DNA from: Schizochytrium sp. TIO01
Taxonomy: Eukaryota > Protista > Bigyra: Labyrinthulomycetes
DNA: 64,000 bases
Reading direction: 5' to 3'
NCBI GenBank assembly: GCA_004764695.1
Contig: SMSO01000025.1
Span: forward strand, 5,620,862 to 5,684,861
The translations under genes and the position numbers were made by a program. The notes beneath the pieces were generated by a model that searched no databases, had not been told where the DNA came from, and saw only the letters and a program-made list of their open reading frames with translations. Positions 23,916 through 33,972 of this stretch are shown piece by piece; position 1 is the first letter of the stretch; the number at the start of each line of letters is the position of its first letter.

Positions 23916-25455
23916 GTGTGTATCATGAATGCTTTGATATGAATTTTTTGTGTCAGGGTGGTGGCACTTATCGAAGTGGGTGAAAAGTTGCATACCCAGA
24001 ACATTGTTGTTCCGGAAAGCTATAGCAAATGACGAAGAGGTTTTTATCGGAAGGGCGGAGTGCAATATTTCTGCAAGAGCAGAAAAAGCATAAGCTCTTA
24101 GTTGCCACGAGCTGCGGCTTGACGTAGGAGATGGTTCCAATTTTGATGAAACGCTTTAACCAAAAGCATATCCTTTAGCGCTTCTGGAGTTTGGACACTG
24201 TTCGCGATTCAATATTGCTTTTTGATCATTTCACCATGGCACATTAGTTGCATTCACTTCCTGGCAGACTGATGTCCCGTGCAATATACAAGGGCATCAT
24301 TTACGTCGGTATAAGAACTCAGACCCGATCCTGCGTAGCTTTCTCGAGCCACTAGAGAGGAGAACTCGAAGTCATTCAAAAGAATGCAACAAAAAACATT
24401 CAAAGCATGTTATCGTAACAGCCTCTGTTCTTTGCTAAGACCTCTTCCAGACTTTCTCTCCTCTCTTCGGGCGTGAGATCTTTCAAAATAACAAACTCAT
24501 CATACACATCATCAGGAATGATGAAATGTGCTATGACGTGTGCACCAGCAGCGCGTTGTTCATCTAGCTGTCGCTGCGTGAGTAGCTTGTAACCCCCAAT
24601 TGTCTCACCCTCGTTTTGGTTTTGTTCTTTTTAATTGTGGGTCTGTTTCACAAAATGCCAAGCGAGTAAAATAACTACTTCAATTTGGGTCTTGATTACA
24701 CAACTCTCAAAGCAAAGTTTGGGCAAGAAAGAAGAACTCCAGGAAAAAGATCGAGCAAGTACTTCAACATTTAGAAATTCAGGATTTCGCAACAGCCAGG
24801 CAAGAGATGGAAACGTACTTTGGTTGCACCTGGGCGTACGCGCTATCCTTGACATGCTAGTTATAAAGCTCTCGAGCGGATCAAGAATAATGTACAAGAC
24901 GAGGCAGAGTTTGAAAACTTTGAACCAAAGGCAACACAAGATCTTCCTCCAAAGCATCTGATCGAAACTATCGATAATACTTGGGACTCATTTGAATGCT
25001 ATCATTCATTGAACCTTCTTTTCTTTATTGCATTGGTCAATACTCAATATCGAACGACTTATTCATTCTGCCTCGTGACTAACGAGACACTTTATAAGGT
25101 AGAATGCATTATTCGTCGTACTGTAAATGAAACGAGTACGTTTATGAAAGGCTGCAATGATACTTCTTCTTGCGATTTTACGGAAGCCCCAGCGTTTTCC
25201 AAGCTTGTGGATGCATTTTAGGTTGCACAAGATCGTCAGAAGTTTTCGATTTTGGTACATTTTATTTTAAAAACGGCTATCCTTGAACTGTTTCTGTTAC
25301 TTTTGGCTATGGATGTCAAAAAGATAAAAGGGTCTGCATTTGTCACGCAGGTTTCACCACATTTGCGAGCATGTCAAGACTTGACGAGAGTTTTAGTGCT
25401 ATCGGTCGAGGGCTAATGAGGCCCTTTATAGATCAGAAAGCGCACTACAGATGTA

Positions 25456-26210
25456 ATGAAGAGGTTGGTTTATCAAATCCTGTTAGAAAATCTGTTTAAT
25501 TTAATAGAAGCTCGTGCGATCTTCACGCTTGTGTGTCTGTTCAGGGCTACAAAAGATGCTCAGAAGGTTTCGACGTTGGTGCAATTTATTCAAAAAGCGG
25601 CAATCCCTCTGTTAATTTTGTTTTCTTTTGGTTGTGGACGTTGGGTAGATGAGGTGTGCTGCACTCTTCATGCAGATTTCACAGAATTTGCGAATCTCCC
25701 GGGTCTTGACGAGGATTTTAAGGATATTGATCAAGATGGTGTCTATACAGAAGGTGCGATAGAAGAGGGTGATGACGGAGAGATGACAGAGAGTTACATT
25801 TAGAACGTTCTTGCTGATATAGACAATGCAATCAATAAGTCAATTGTTGATGATACTCCTTCTGACACTTTAAAATAGTTTACTTCGGCAAGGGCCGATT
25901 GGGTCAACAGAAGATTATGATGGTAAATCTGACCATTTTGAGTATAGTTTTGACATAAGATCTATTGATAGTAACGGAAAAGATGAATTTCTTCATTTCT
26001 CTGATGATGCAAATGCAAGCTATACAGAAATTGACGCCGTGAGCAAAACCCACAAATGTTCAAACTATACCTCAAATGGTGATACCACTCTTAGTGGTAT
26101 TAGGCTAGTTAAAACATCAAATCTGAAGGACGTTGAGAGCCCTAGGCATGTATCCAAACCAGAGACTCCACAAAACAAAGATACGTTGTCAAGATACGTT
26201 GTCTATTGAA
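25456..26210 (+). pseudogene. Decayed coding-like sequence of unknown family (acidic)
   Basis: A 115-aa ORF continues past its TAG stop (NVLADIDNAINKSIVDD) and in a shifted frame (EDYDGKSDHFEYSFDIRSIDSNGKDEF...). Confidence 0.3.
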
Positions 26211-28121
26211 GGCTCTATCTTACTGTCATTTCAGTCAGAGTTGATTTTCTTTCGCTAAATTATCATAGTCCAATCCATAGTGGTCATGCATACATGATTG
26301 AGTAAAATTTTACACAGTGTATAATCGTGTAATTACGTGCTCAGGTTGGGCAATAAGACTCACGAAGGGTAGAAAATATGGTGCAGACCATGCTTCAATG
26401 TACGAAAACGACATTAGAGAACTTTTCAATGAAGGCCGGGTAATTTCGCCAGATGAGAAGGCACCCTCTATACTGCTTGTTAGACTCAAAATCTAAGTGC
26501 AATATGCGTAACTCATACCCTAACGTGACGGACATCCAGATTAAGATCTTTCCTCTGATGAAAGCATCTATGCAGTCTAGTTCCTGTGTCTGATTGGTAT
26601 CTGAAAGTGGTACAGACCAAGGTTCATTAAAGCGAGGTGACAAATATAATGTTTCATCAAATGTACAGACAAGATGACTGATATGTATCAACACAGCAAG
26701 AACATGAAGGCGAAGGGTTTGATTATCAAGCTTCGCAAAGACTTGCCAGGGGGATTTCCCGGAATTAATGTGGGGCGTCGGTATTACATGCCGAGGTGCA
26801 CAAACGTGCTTTTCGTGCGTGCAAAACGTTAAACATTACATTTATTTCCTAAATGTAATAGGCATATTCATTGAGTATGTATATGTTTTCTTCACTGCTG
26901 CCTTGTTGCAGCTGCTTTGAGCTAACCTCACGCATTAAATTTCACTAAACAGCAAAGCCTGCCGTAACGGGTCACTGGGGCTCATAGTTTACTGAGCCCT
27001 CGGGACAAATAGGATTGTGCCTTCTGTGCTGTTTCTCCGTTTTTGCAGCGCTCTGGGTGACGTTGCAGCATTTTTTTTGAGGTGCGCGAAACCTTAACTT
27101 GACGTTCGCACCGACTGCGAAGTTTCTGACCTTGACAGTAAGTACTGATTGTCGTGCACCATGCACTCTATCAGTTACACCGAACAAAAAGAAACGAAAC
27201 TAAGCCATGATAGGATTTAGTTCGTCACTATGTTACCACGTATTCTGGATAAAGTATGCATGGTTCTTAGGCGGAGTCGGTATTATATAAATTATCCTAC
27301 TACATATATTTTGTTTTAAAAGTAAAGGTTATGTTGAGGGTGTTAGTTTTTCTATATTTACCACATGCTGCTGTTGTTTGGTGCTTCAATGAATGATTAC
27401 TTTGGCTTGATTTCTTATTCCAAGCTAGGTGATTTCAACTTATTGCCTCTGACTACGAAGAGTGATTATGCTATATTCCTCGTGCACATACCCATGATAC
27501 CTAGAATTACCAAACAAAATGAAACCATAGTGGTTGCTTTGGCTAGAGCATTAAACAAGCTAAAAGGTGTTAGGGACTAGCAAGAGCGAGATGAATACCC
27601 CCAAAACAATCCCTCAAGGTGAAAACATTCGCAGATGATGTAAGGGATTAAAGATGTTTGGTCAGGAAATGTCAGTATTGTTGGCTGTGATAGTAAATTC
27701 AAACCAGTCTGATATTTTGTTTTCTATGAATATATTTTAACGAGAAACTACATCCAATATGGGTCAGGGAATCAATCCTTCTCTCCAGTTACTTTCCTCA
27801 AAAAGTGATGCTCATTGCTAAGAAATCTCCACATATCTGAAAAAAACTAATTCGCTTCATTCCATAGTTCACCTAGCGTCATGAACCCATTTTGTACAAT
27901 GTATTTTGTTCAGTCTACAGTATTCCCCGAAAAAATAACCTGATGAAATCGAAATCTTATTAGTATAAATTCGACAGCAAATGAACGAGAAGACTTGATG
28001 GTTAGAACGAATTTAGTTTCGTAGACTCCAACGAACTGGGTGGTCGCAAGCAGCTTTCTGAGACAAGAATTGGAAAAAACGGTGATGAACACCGGCCTTG
28101 GCAACTCATCTGAGTTACCGA

Positions 28122-28193
28122 TTCCAGATAGTATAGTGGCTAGTATCCCCGCCTGTCACGCGGGAGACCCGGGTTCAATTCCCGGTCTGGAAA
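28122..28193 (+). tRNA. tRNA-Asp(GTC) copy 7
   Basis: Identical 72-mer. Confidence 0.97.
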
Positions 28194-28320
28194 ATTAGTT
28201 TTTTAAATTTTTTTATGTGTAAAAATTACTGTTGTCTTGTAGTTTATAAATTCCCTTCGTCTGTGAATGCTCAACCGGTGATCACAGCCGGGCCTGGGAA
28301 TTCATCGAGTGAATTACCTG

Positions 28321-28392
28321 TTCCAGATAGTATAGTGGCTAGTATCCCCGCCTGTCACGCGGGAGACCCGGGTTCAATTCCCGGTCTGGAAA
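28321..28392 (+). tRNA. tRNA-Asp(GTC) copy 8
   Basis: Identical 72-mer. Confidence 0.97.
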
Positions 28393-29283
28393 GAACATGT
28401 TTTTTTGTTATTAAAATTAAATTGTTATGTCAACTCAATCTGTCAAATTTGAATCTGTGGTTTGAGAGAGAGCTTTTCTACCTATGTTTTTCTACATAAA
28501 ATCTCCAGCTCTGATGGCAGGCCTACTGTTTTGTTGTTTTTCCAATTAGTATTCGTTATACTTTTATATTCTATCATGATTTACCGAATAAATAATTAAC
28601 AAGAAAAATGTAATTTATATTCTTTTATTTTAAAACAAAAGTAAATGGCTATGATTGATTGGTTTATTGTCTTGCGCCCCCCTCCCCCCCCCCTTAGTTC
28701 AGAACTCGTACATGCACGCCATGTCAAATGCGAAATAGGAGGCCGACTCATTCGCATTGATGTTTATGGGGTACTTCAGCAGAACTATTCATACCATTCT
28801 CTGCTCCTACATCTCAGAGGAAATCTCATGATGCACAGCTAAATCCCATTGGGTTATAGGGGTCACTGAAAGGTGTGTAAAAAGACTAAGGTAGAGCGGG
28901 TAGGTGGCATTAAATAGTTTACAGTGGTGCCTTAAAGGCGCAGATGAAATACTCCTTCCTCTAAAAGGCATAGTTACTTGTTTCTATAATCTCAATTCGA
29001 GAAGGGAACCTATGCAGGCTGGATACAAGTTAACTGGATTTATGACTTACATGAAGATCACAAAGATAGATTCTAAGAATTGTTAGTAGCCTGAATATCT
29101 ATTGAAGTCATATCGAGTGGGCACATTTGGCACACATTACTTGTGAATTATGTTCGAGAAGTTGCACAAAATAAGGAAATAAGTACATGATCAATTGCTT
29201 AATATGTCCGGAGGTAACTCGGAATCAACCAAACGGAAAATTCGGTAATCAATACCGGTCCTGGAAGCTTGTTGAGTTTCCTG

Positions 29284-29355
29284 TTCCAGATAGTATAGTG
29301 GCTAGTATCCCCGCCTGTCACGCGGGAGACCCGGGTTCAATTCCCGGTCTGGAAA
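29284..29355 (+). tRNA. tRNA-Asp(GTC) copy 9
   Basis: Identical 72-mer. Confidence 0.97.
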
Positions 29356-30883
29356 GAACATCTCTTTTTGCAGTCTTAATTTTGCCATGAGAAGCCACCT
29401 TTTCTTCCTACTTTGTGTCTTTTTAGTTTTTCTTTCTTTTTGTTATTATTTTATTGGTTAATATTTTAAACCTTAATATGCACTGTTTATGACCATGGGA
29501 GTTCTGAAATAACCACATCATATCAACCGTGTTGCTTCTGGCTTTGCTTTCAAACGATCTCCTCATATCAATCCTATATCTCAATGCACAAACCTATTCT
29601 TCCAGGTACTAACCAATCTGATCAAGTGCAATTCGTACAGAAGAAGAGGTTGCAGACTAATGCCCTCTGGCCAATGTCACTGCCATTTGTATTACCATAC
29701 GGGTCATTTGGCAGTGTGGAGACGCGTTGTAGAGGCTTAAAATGGGAGTATTGTCGCGCGTAGCGACCAACGTATGGAATCTGCATCAGAAACTTGTAAC
29801 TATGAGACTCCATCACTTCGGTTTCTCAGGCTTACGTTTTGGCAAAATGAGGTAATTTGTTATTTTACCTTCATTCATTTTTATCATTTTAAACCTGCGG
29901 CGAATTCTATCCGCTTCAAAACGACTCCGTACTGAACCAGCGCATGGAGCTCTTGCGATGTTACATGCGGATTAGCAGCAGCTTCAAGGGCTCCACTGCT
30001 GCCGGAGCCATGGCCTCCATCTGGTTCGACGTTAAAAACAACGACAGCATTGACAGCTTAGTAATTTTGACAGGGGAGGCGTACCTATAAGCAAAGTTGC
30101 TGTTGTTTCTGCTAATTCATTTGATCAGTGCCGTGTTTGCTCACGTGTTTTTTGGGGGCCTGCTACGGCAACATACCACATTGTGCTACTGTAGATACTG
30201 TAAGATGTCCACCAAATTTTTGCATGCCAGGATATGTGCAAACAGCTCATTCTCAACTCGCGATGCATCTCTCTATACGACGCGGGAGGAGATCAAGGTT
30301 GGTGTGCTAAACTATCTTCCTTCTTTAAGTGATTTGTGGACATTCTGTCATTGACCTACTGTATCTTCCTGAATATAAATATGAAGCCTTGCACCCGATT
30401 CATCATATCCACGTCCAAGATTCGGCCACTAAGACTAACTGTGATGGATTGCAAAAAATTTCAGACATTGAAGAGGATGTCCGAAGCCATCACAGGGCGT
30501 GCTTATCACAGGTATACCTTTTTTGGTACTCGTTTTTCTTCCTGCACATATGAATGGGAACAATTTTGCAGAGCTGTTGGGAGCAAACATGTATCTGAGC
30601 CGTGCATTCTGATGTACATTTGATTCGATATATCGAGACCTATTCAGTTTTAAATATAATTTTGACTTTTTTTGGTTTCTTGTCTTTGAAATGATAGCTC
30701 AGCTTTGCTTTGTTTTGATTTGTGTACCCCACCATGGAGGTAATTTAGTTTAATCAAATTATTTTATAAAGTGAACATTAACTCCTGAATTACAATGATA
30801 TAAGTATATATGTATCACAATCCACATTTCGTGTCAGCGGTGGTCATAGCCGAATGAGGAAATTCAAGTTAATGAATTGCCTG

Positions 30884-30955
30884 TTCCAGATAGTATAGTG
30901 GCTAGTATCCCCGCCTGTCACGCGGGAGACCCGGGTTCAATTCCCGGTCTGGAAA
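30884..30955 (+). tRNA. tRNA-Asp(GTC) copy 10
   Basis: Identical 72-mer. Confidence 0.97.
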
Positions 30956-31088
30956 GAATATTTTTTCATTATCAGCCTTACTTTTAGCTAAGAAAGTAAT
31001 CCTTTAGTAGATTATATAGGCTATTGACAATCTTGAGTTTCAGCGGTGATCGTAACCGACAATGGAAACTCACTTGGTGATTTGCCTG

Positions 31089-31160
31089 TTCCAGATAGTA
31101 TAGTGGCTAGTATCCCCGCCTGTCACGCGGGAGACCCGGGTTCAATTCCCGGTCTGGAAA
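31089..31160 (+). tRNA. tRNA-Asp(GTC) copy 11
   Basis: Identical 72-mer. Confidence 0.97.
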
Positions 31161-31286
31161 ATTAGTTTTTTTAATTTTTTATGTGTAAAAATTACTGTTG
31201 TCTTGTAGTTTATGAATTCCCTTCGTTTGTGAATGTTCAACCGGTGATCACAGCCGGATCTGGGAATTCATTGAATGGATTACCTG

Positions 31287-31358
31287 TTCCAGATAGTATA
31301 GTGGCTAGTATCCCCGCCTGTCACGCGGGAGACCCGGGTTCAATTCCCGGTCTGGAAA
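31287..31358 (+). tRNA. tRNA-Asp(GTC) copy 12
   Basis: Identical 72-mer. Confidence 0.97.
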
Positions 31359-31482
31359 GACCTTCTTTTTATTTTTCACACGTAAAAATGGTGTTGTAGG
31401 ATAGAATATAAACGCCATTAATTTTCCAGCTCTCAACCGGTGATCGCAGCCGGATCTGGGAGCTCAACAAATGAGCTACCAA

Positions 31483-31554
31483 TTCCAGATAGTATAGTGG
31501 CTAGTATCCCCGCCTGTCACGCGGGAGACCCGGGTTCAATTCCCGGTCTGGAAA
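31483..31554 (+). tRNA. tRNA-Asp(GTC) copy 13
   Basis: Identical 72-mer. Confidence 0.97.
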
Positions 31555-31681
31555 GAGTATTCTTTTTTATTTTCCACGTGTCAAAAATAATGTCTTAGGT
31601 TAGCTTATAAATGCTATCAACTTTTGGGGTGTCAACCGGTGATCACAGCCGGATCTGGGAGTTCATCAAATGAGCTACCAA

Positions 31682-31753
31682 TTCCAGATAGTATAGTGGC
31701 TAGTATCCCCGCCTGTCACGCGGGAGACCCGGGTTCAATTCCCGGTCTGGAAA
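31682..31753 (+). tRNA. tRNA-Asp(GTC) copy 14
   Basis: Identical 72-mer. Confidence 0.97.
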
Positions 31754-32658
31754 GTATATTACTTTTTATAATGAAAGTTAAACCTCCCTCTTTAAAGAGA
31801 GAAAAAGGCTCGACAATTCAGTTCGAATTGAAAGATGGAAAGAAGCTGTTAATGAACTTTCTCTGCTTACATCGTTTTTATTTTTCGACCAAACTATTTG
31901 TTTGTTGTTTTTCTGCTCGGGTCTAGGATTCGCTTCGATAGGTGCTAATGAGAATTTTGGCCTGTGCGAATATTTCTTTTCGTGTCGAAGGGAGAAAAGC
32001 AAACTTGATGCAAAATAGAATTTGCATCACTCGGCGGCAACTGGTAGCTAAAGTATCGAAGTTGTAAAAGTCAAAGGTCATAGTAGATGAAATAAAGTTT
32101 GGTGTTTACTTTTTGTTTGTACTTTTGAAGTTAGTACTGAGCAAGAATGACATCGAAAGCTAGGAGCACATGATAGTAAAATAAACCATCAAGGTATGTA
32201 GATAGATGGTGCCGATTTAGGCGCAAAACGATGTTGCTACTCTTGATTTTTTTCTGAGGGTATAAACATGAGTCAAAGAATAGCACTCGAAACATTTGCA
32301 TGCTATTGGTAATATCAAAAGATCAAATCATCGTACATACATACATAGGTAGTTTTTGGTTTACGAAAAAAACACAACTGCAGGGTGATGCTCAAAATTG
32401 AGCATACTGAGCATGTTACTAGCTAAACTATGGGCATGGTCGTAGTTGAATATGATAAAAACCTGTTGAGGTTCTTACGCTCAATAATTACAATGTTGTT
32501 CTGTAAGACCTTGCAAGGAAAAATAACGAAATGCGTCTGCTACAAGGTAGCGTATAGGTAAGCTTAATCGCGGCAAGGATCGCGATTAGTAGTTGTGAGA
32601 GAATCCATGCTAACGTAATGCCTGGTGATGGTGATTAATGTGGACAGAAAGACATCTA

Positions 32659-33714
32659 TTAAAAGCCAGGGGGGGGAGCTTGCTGGTGGCGCTTCTGGGG
32701 CTGACTCTGGTGAAACGCATCGAACTCCTCAAAAAAGTCGTGTTGTTCATAGCCTCGCTTTGCCAGGCCGCTCCGCGCATGCAGCGTAGCTGCATTCAAT
32801 ATTTCCTCTCTTTCTCTAATTTGTTGATCGAGCTTGGCCTGGATATAGTCCACATTGATTGCGCCTTGCTCATAGAGCTGAAGATCTTTCGAGCCAATAT
32901 CCATCTTCGTTTCAAAATCTAGGCCAGAGGTGAGTCTTTTTCTGAAATCAAACAAGGTAATAGTCAGTGGATCCCCAAGGGCTACGAGAGCTTGGCGAAC
33001 CCGCCTTAAGACTGCCTCAAACTGCACGACAGACTGTTGTGGCGCCTGTTTGGCCAACAGCCACCTGCGAAGACACGCATCCTTCTCCTCCCACGTGTAC
33101 AGCGTTTGGCAAATCTTTGCAAGAAAGAACCTCACACGCTGCAGACCCAGCGCGTGCTGATATTCCGCAGTTAGGGGTTGCTTAGCAATGTAATTGTACG
33201 CTGCAAGGGCCTTTCCTCTAAGGTGGTTTACAAAGTATTCAAAGACCATATCTTCCCAAGACATTCCCTGATATGCTGCCTGCGTGGAGTTTTCGTAAGG
33301 AGAGAAAAATCCCTCTGGAGAATAGGGGTTTTGATTCAGGTTTGAGCGGAAGGCCTCGCAGCGCTCTACGATATCTGCCGCTGTTGTCCAATTTTCCTGC
33401 GTCCGCTCGGAGCTGAATTGCGGTGCTGGCCCATACGAGGTAATCTTGGATAGACCGCAGCCGCCATCACCCTCGAGAAAACCGCGGTCGCTTGCCCGAG
33501 CAAACTCTTTGTAGTCTTGAGGAGGCTCAGGGCTATACTTGATGAGGCGAGAGAAGACCTCCTCAGCTGGCAGATTGAATCCGTTCCACAGCAGGCCCTG
33601 AAAGTAAGGCTTCATCATAGGGCTTGGGCTCGTCATCGCGGTAGCCGTCGTACTTGTTGTTCCTACGCTGCTAGCGCTTGTGAAGCTCGTGGCGCCACTC
33701 ATGGCGCCGCTCAT
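32659..33714 (-). CDS. Ty3/gypsy-type Gag capsid-like protein, stand-alone (no pol, no zinc knuckle)
   Basis: 351 aa from ATG 33714. YFVNHLRGKALAAY, LLAKQAPQQSVVQFEAVLRRV (major-homology-region-like Q...ESV..F..R) and RKRLTSGLDFETK (F..GL...I) follow the Retrotrans_gag order. Confidence 0.6.
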   Translation of the reverse strand: MSGAMSGATSFTSASSVGTTSTTATAMTSPSPMMKPYFQGLLWNGFNLPAEEVFSRLIKYSPEPPQDYKEFARASDRGFLEGDGGCGLSKITSYGPAPQFSSERTQENWTTAADIVERCEAFRSNLNQNPYSPEGFFSPYENSTQAAYQGMSWEDMVFEYFVNHLRGKALAAYNYIAKQPLTAEYQHALGLQRVRFFLAKICQTLYTWEEKDACLRRWLLAKQAPQQSVVQFEAVLRRVRQALVALGDPLTITLFDFRKRLTSGLDFETKMDIGSKDLQLYEQGAINVDYIQAKLDQQIREREEILNAATLHARSGLAKRGYEQHDFFEEFDAFHQSQPQKRHQQAPPPGF

Positions 33715-33935
33715 GGCGCACGCCGGAGTCTGGAGGACGAGGGAAGAGAGCAAAAATGGAGTCTTCTGGAGGTACTTATGTGGATTGCTTCTTACGGCGG
33801 ACAAGTGCTTTGGGCGTTCAAGTAAGGCCTGCTGCTACGGCTACACGAGAAGAGACCCTCGGTCCACGATCAACTGCCAAGGTCTGCGTCTTCCGGGCGC
33901 GGGGGGGGGGGGGTGACCTTGATTTGCTCTGAGGT

Positions 33936-33972
33936 GTTTGTTTGTTTGTTTGTTTGTTTGTTTGTTTGTTTG
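33936..33972. repeat. (GTTT)n microsatellite, preceded by a G-run at about 33900-33913
   Basis: Direct reading. Confidence 0.9.

Noticed and set aside
30884-31753. CRISPR-like look: identical repeats with variable, similar-length spacers
   Set aside because: The repeats are complete 72-nt tRNA genes, the spacers are about 125-135 bp with their own terminator and leader, the context is eukaryotic, and no cas genes are present.
32600-32680. Programmed gag-pol frameshift at the C-run/TTTTAA end of the gag-like ORF
   Set aside because: Both alternative frames stop shortly afterwards and show no protease or RT motif.
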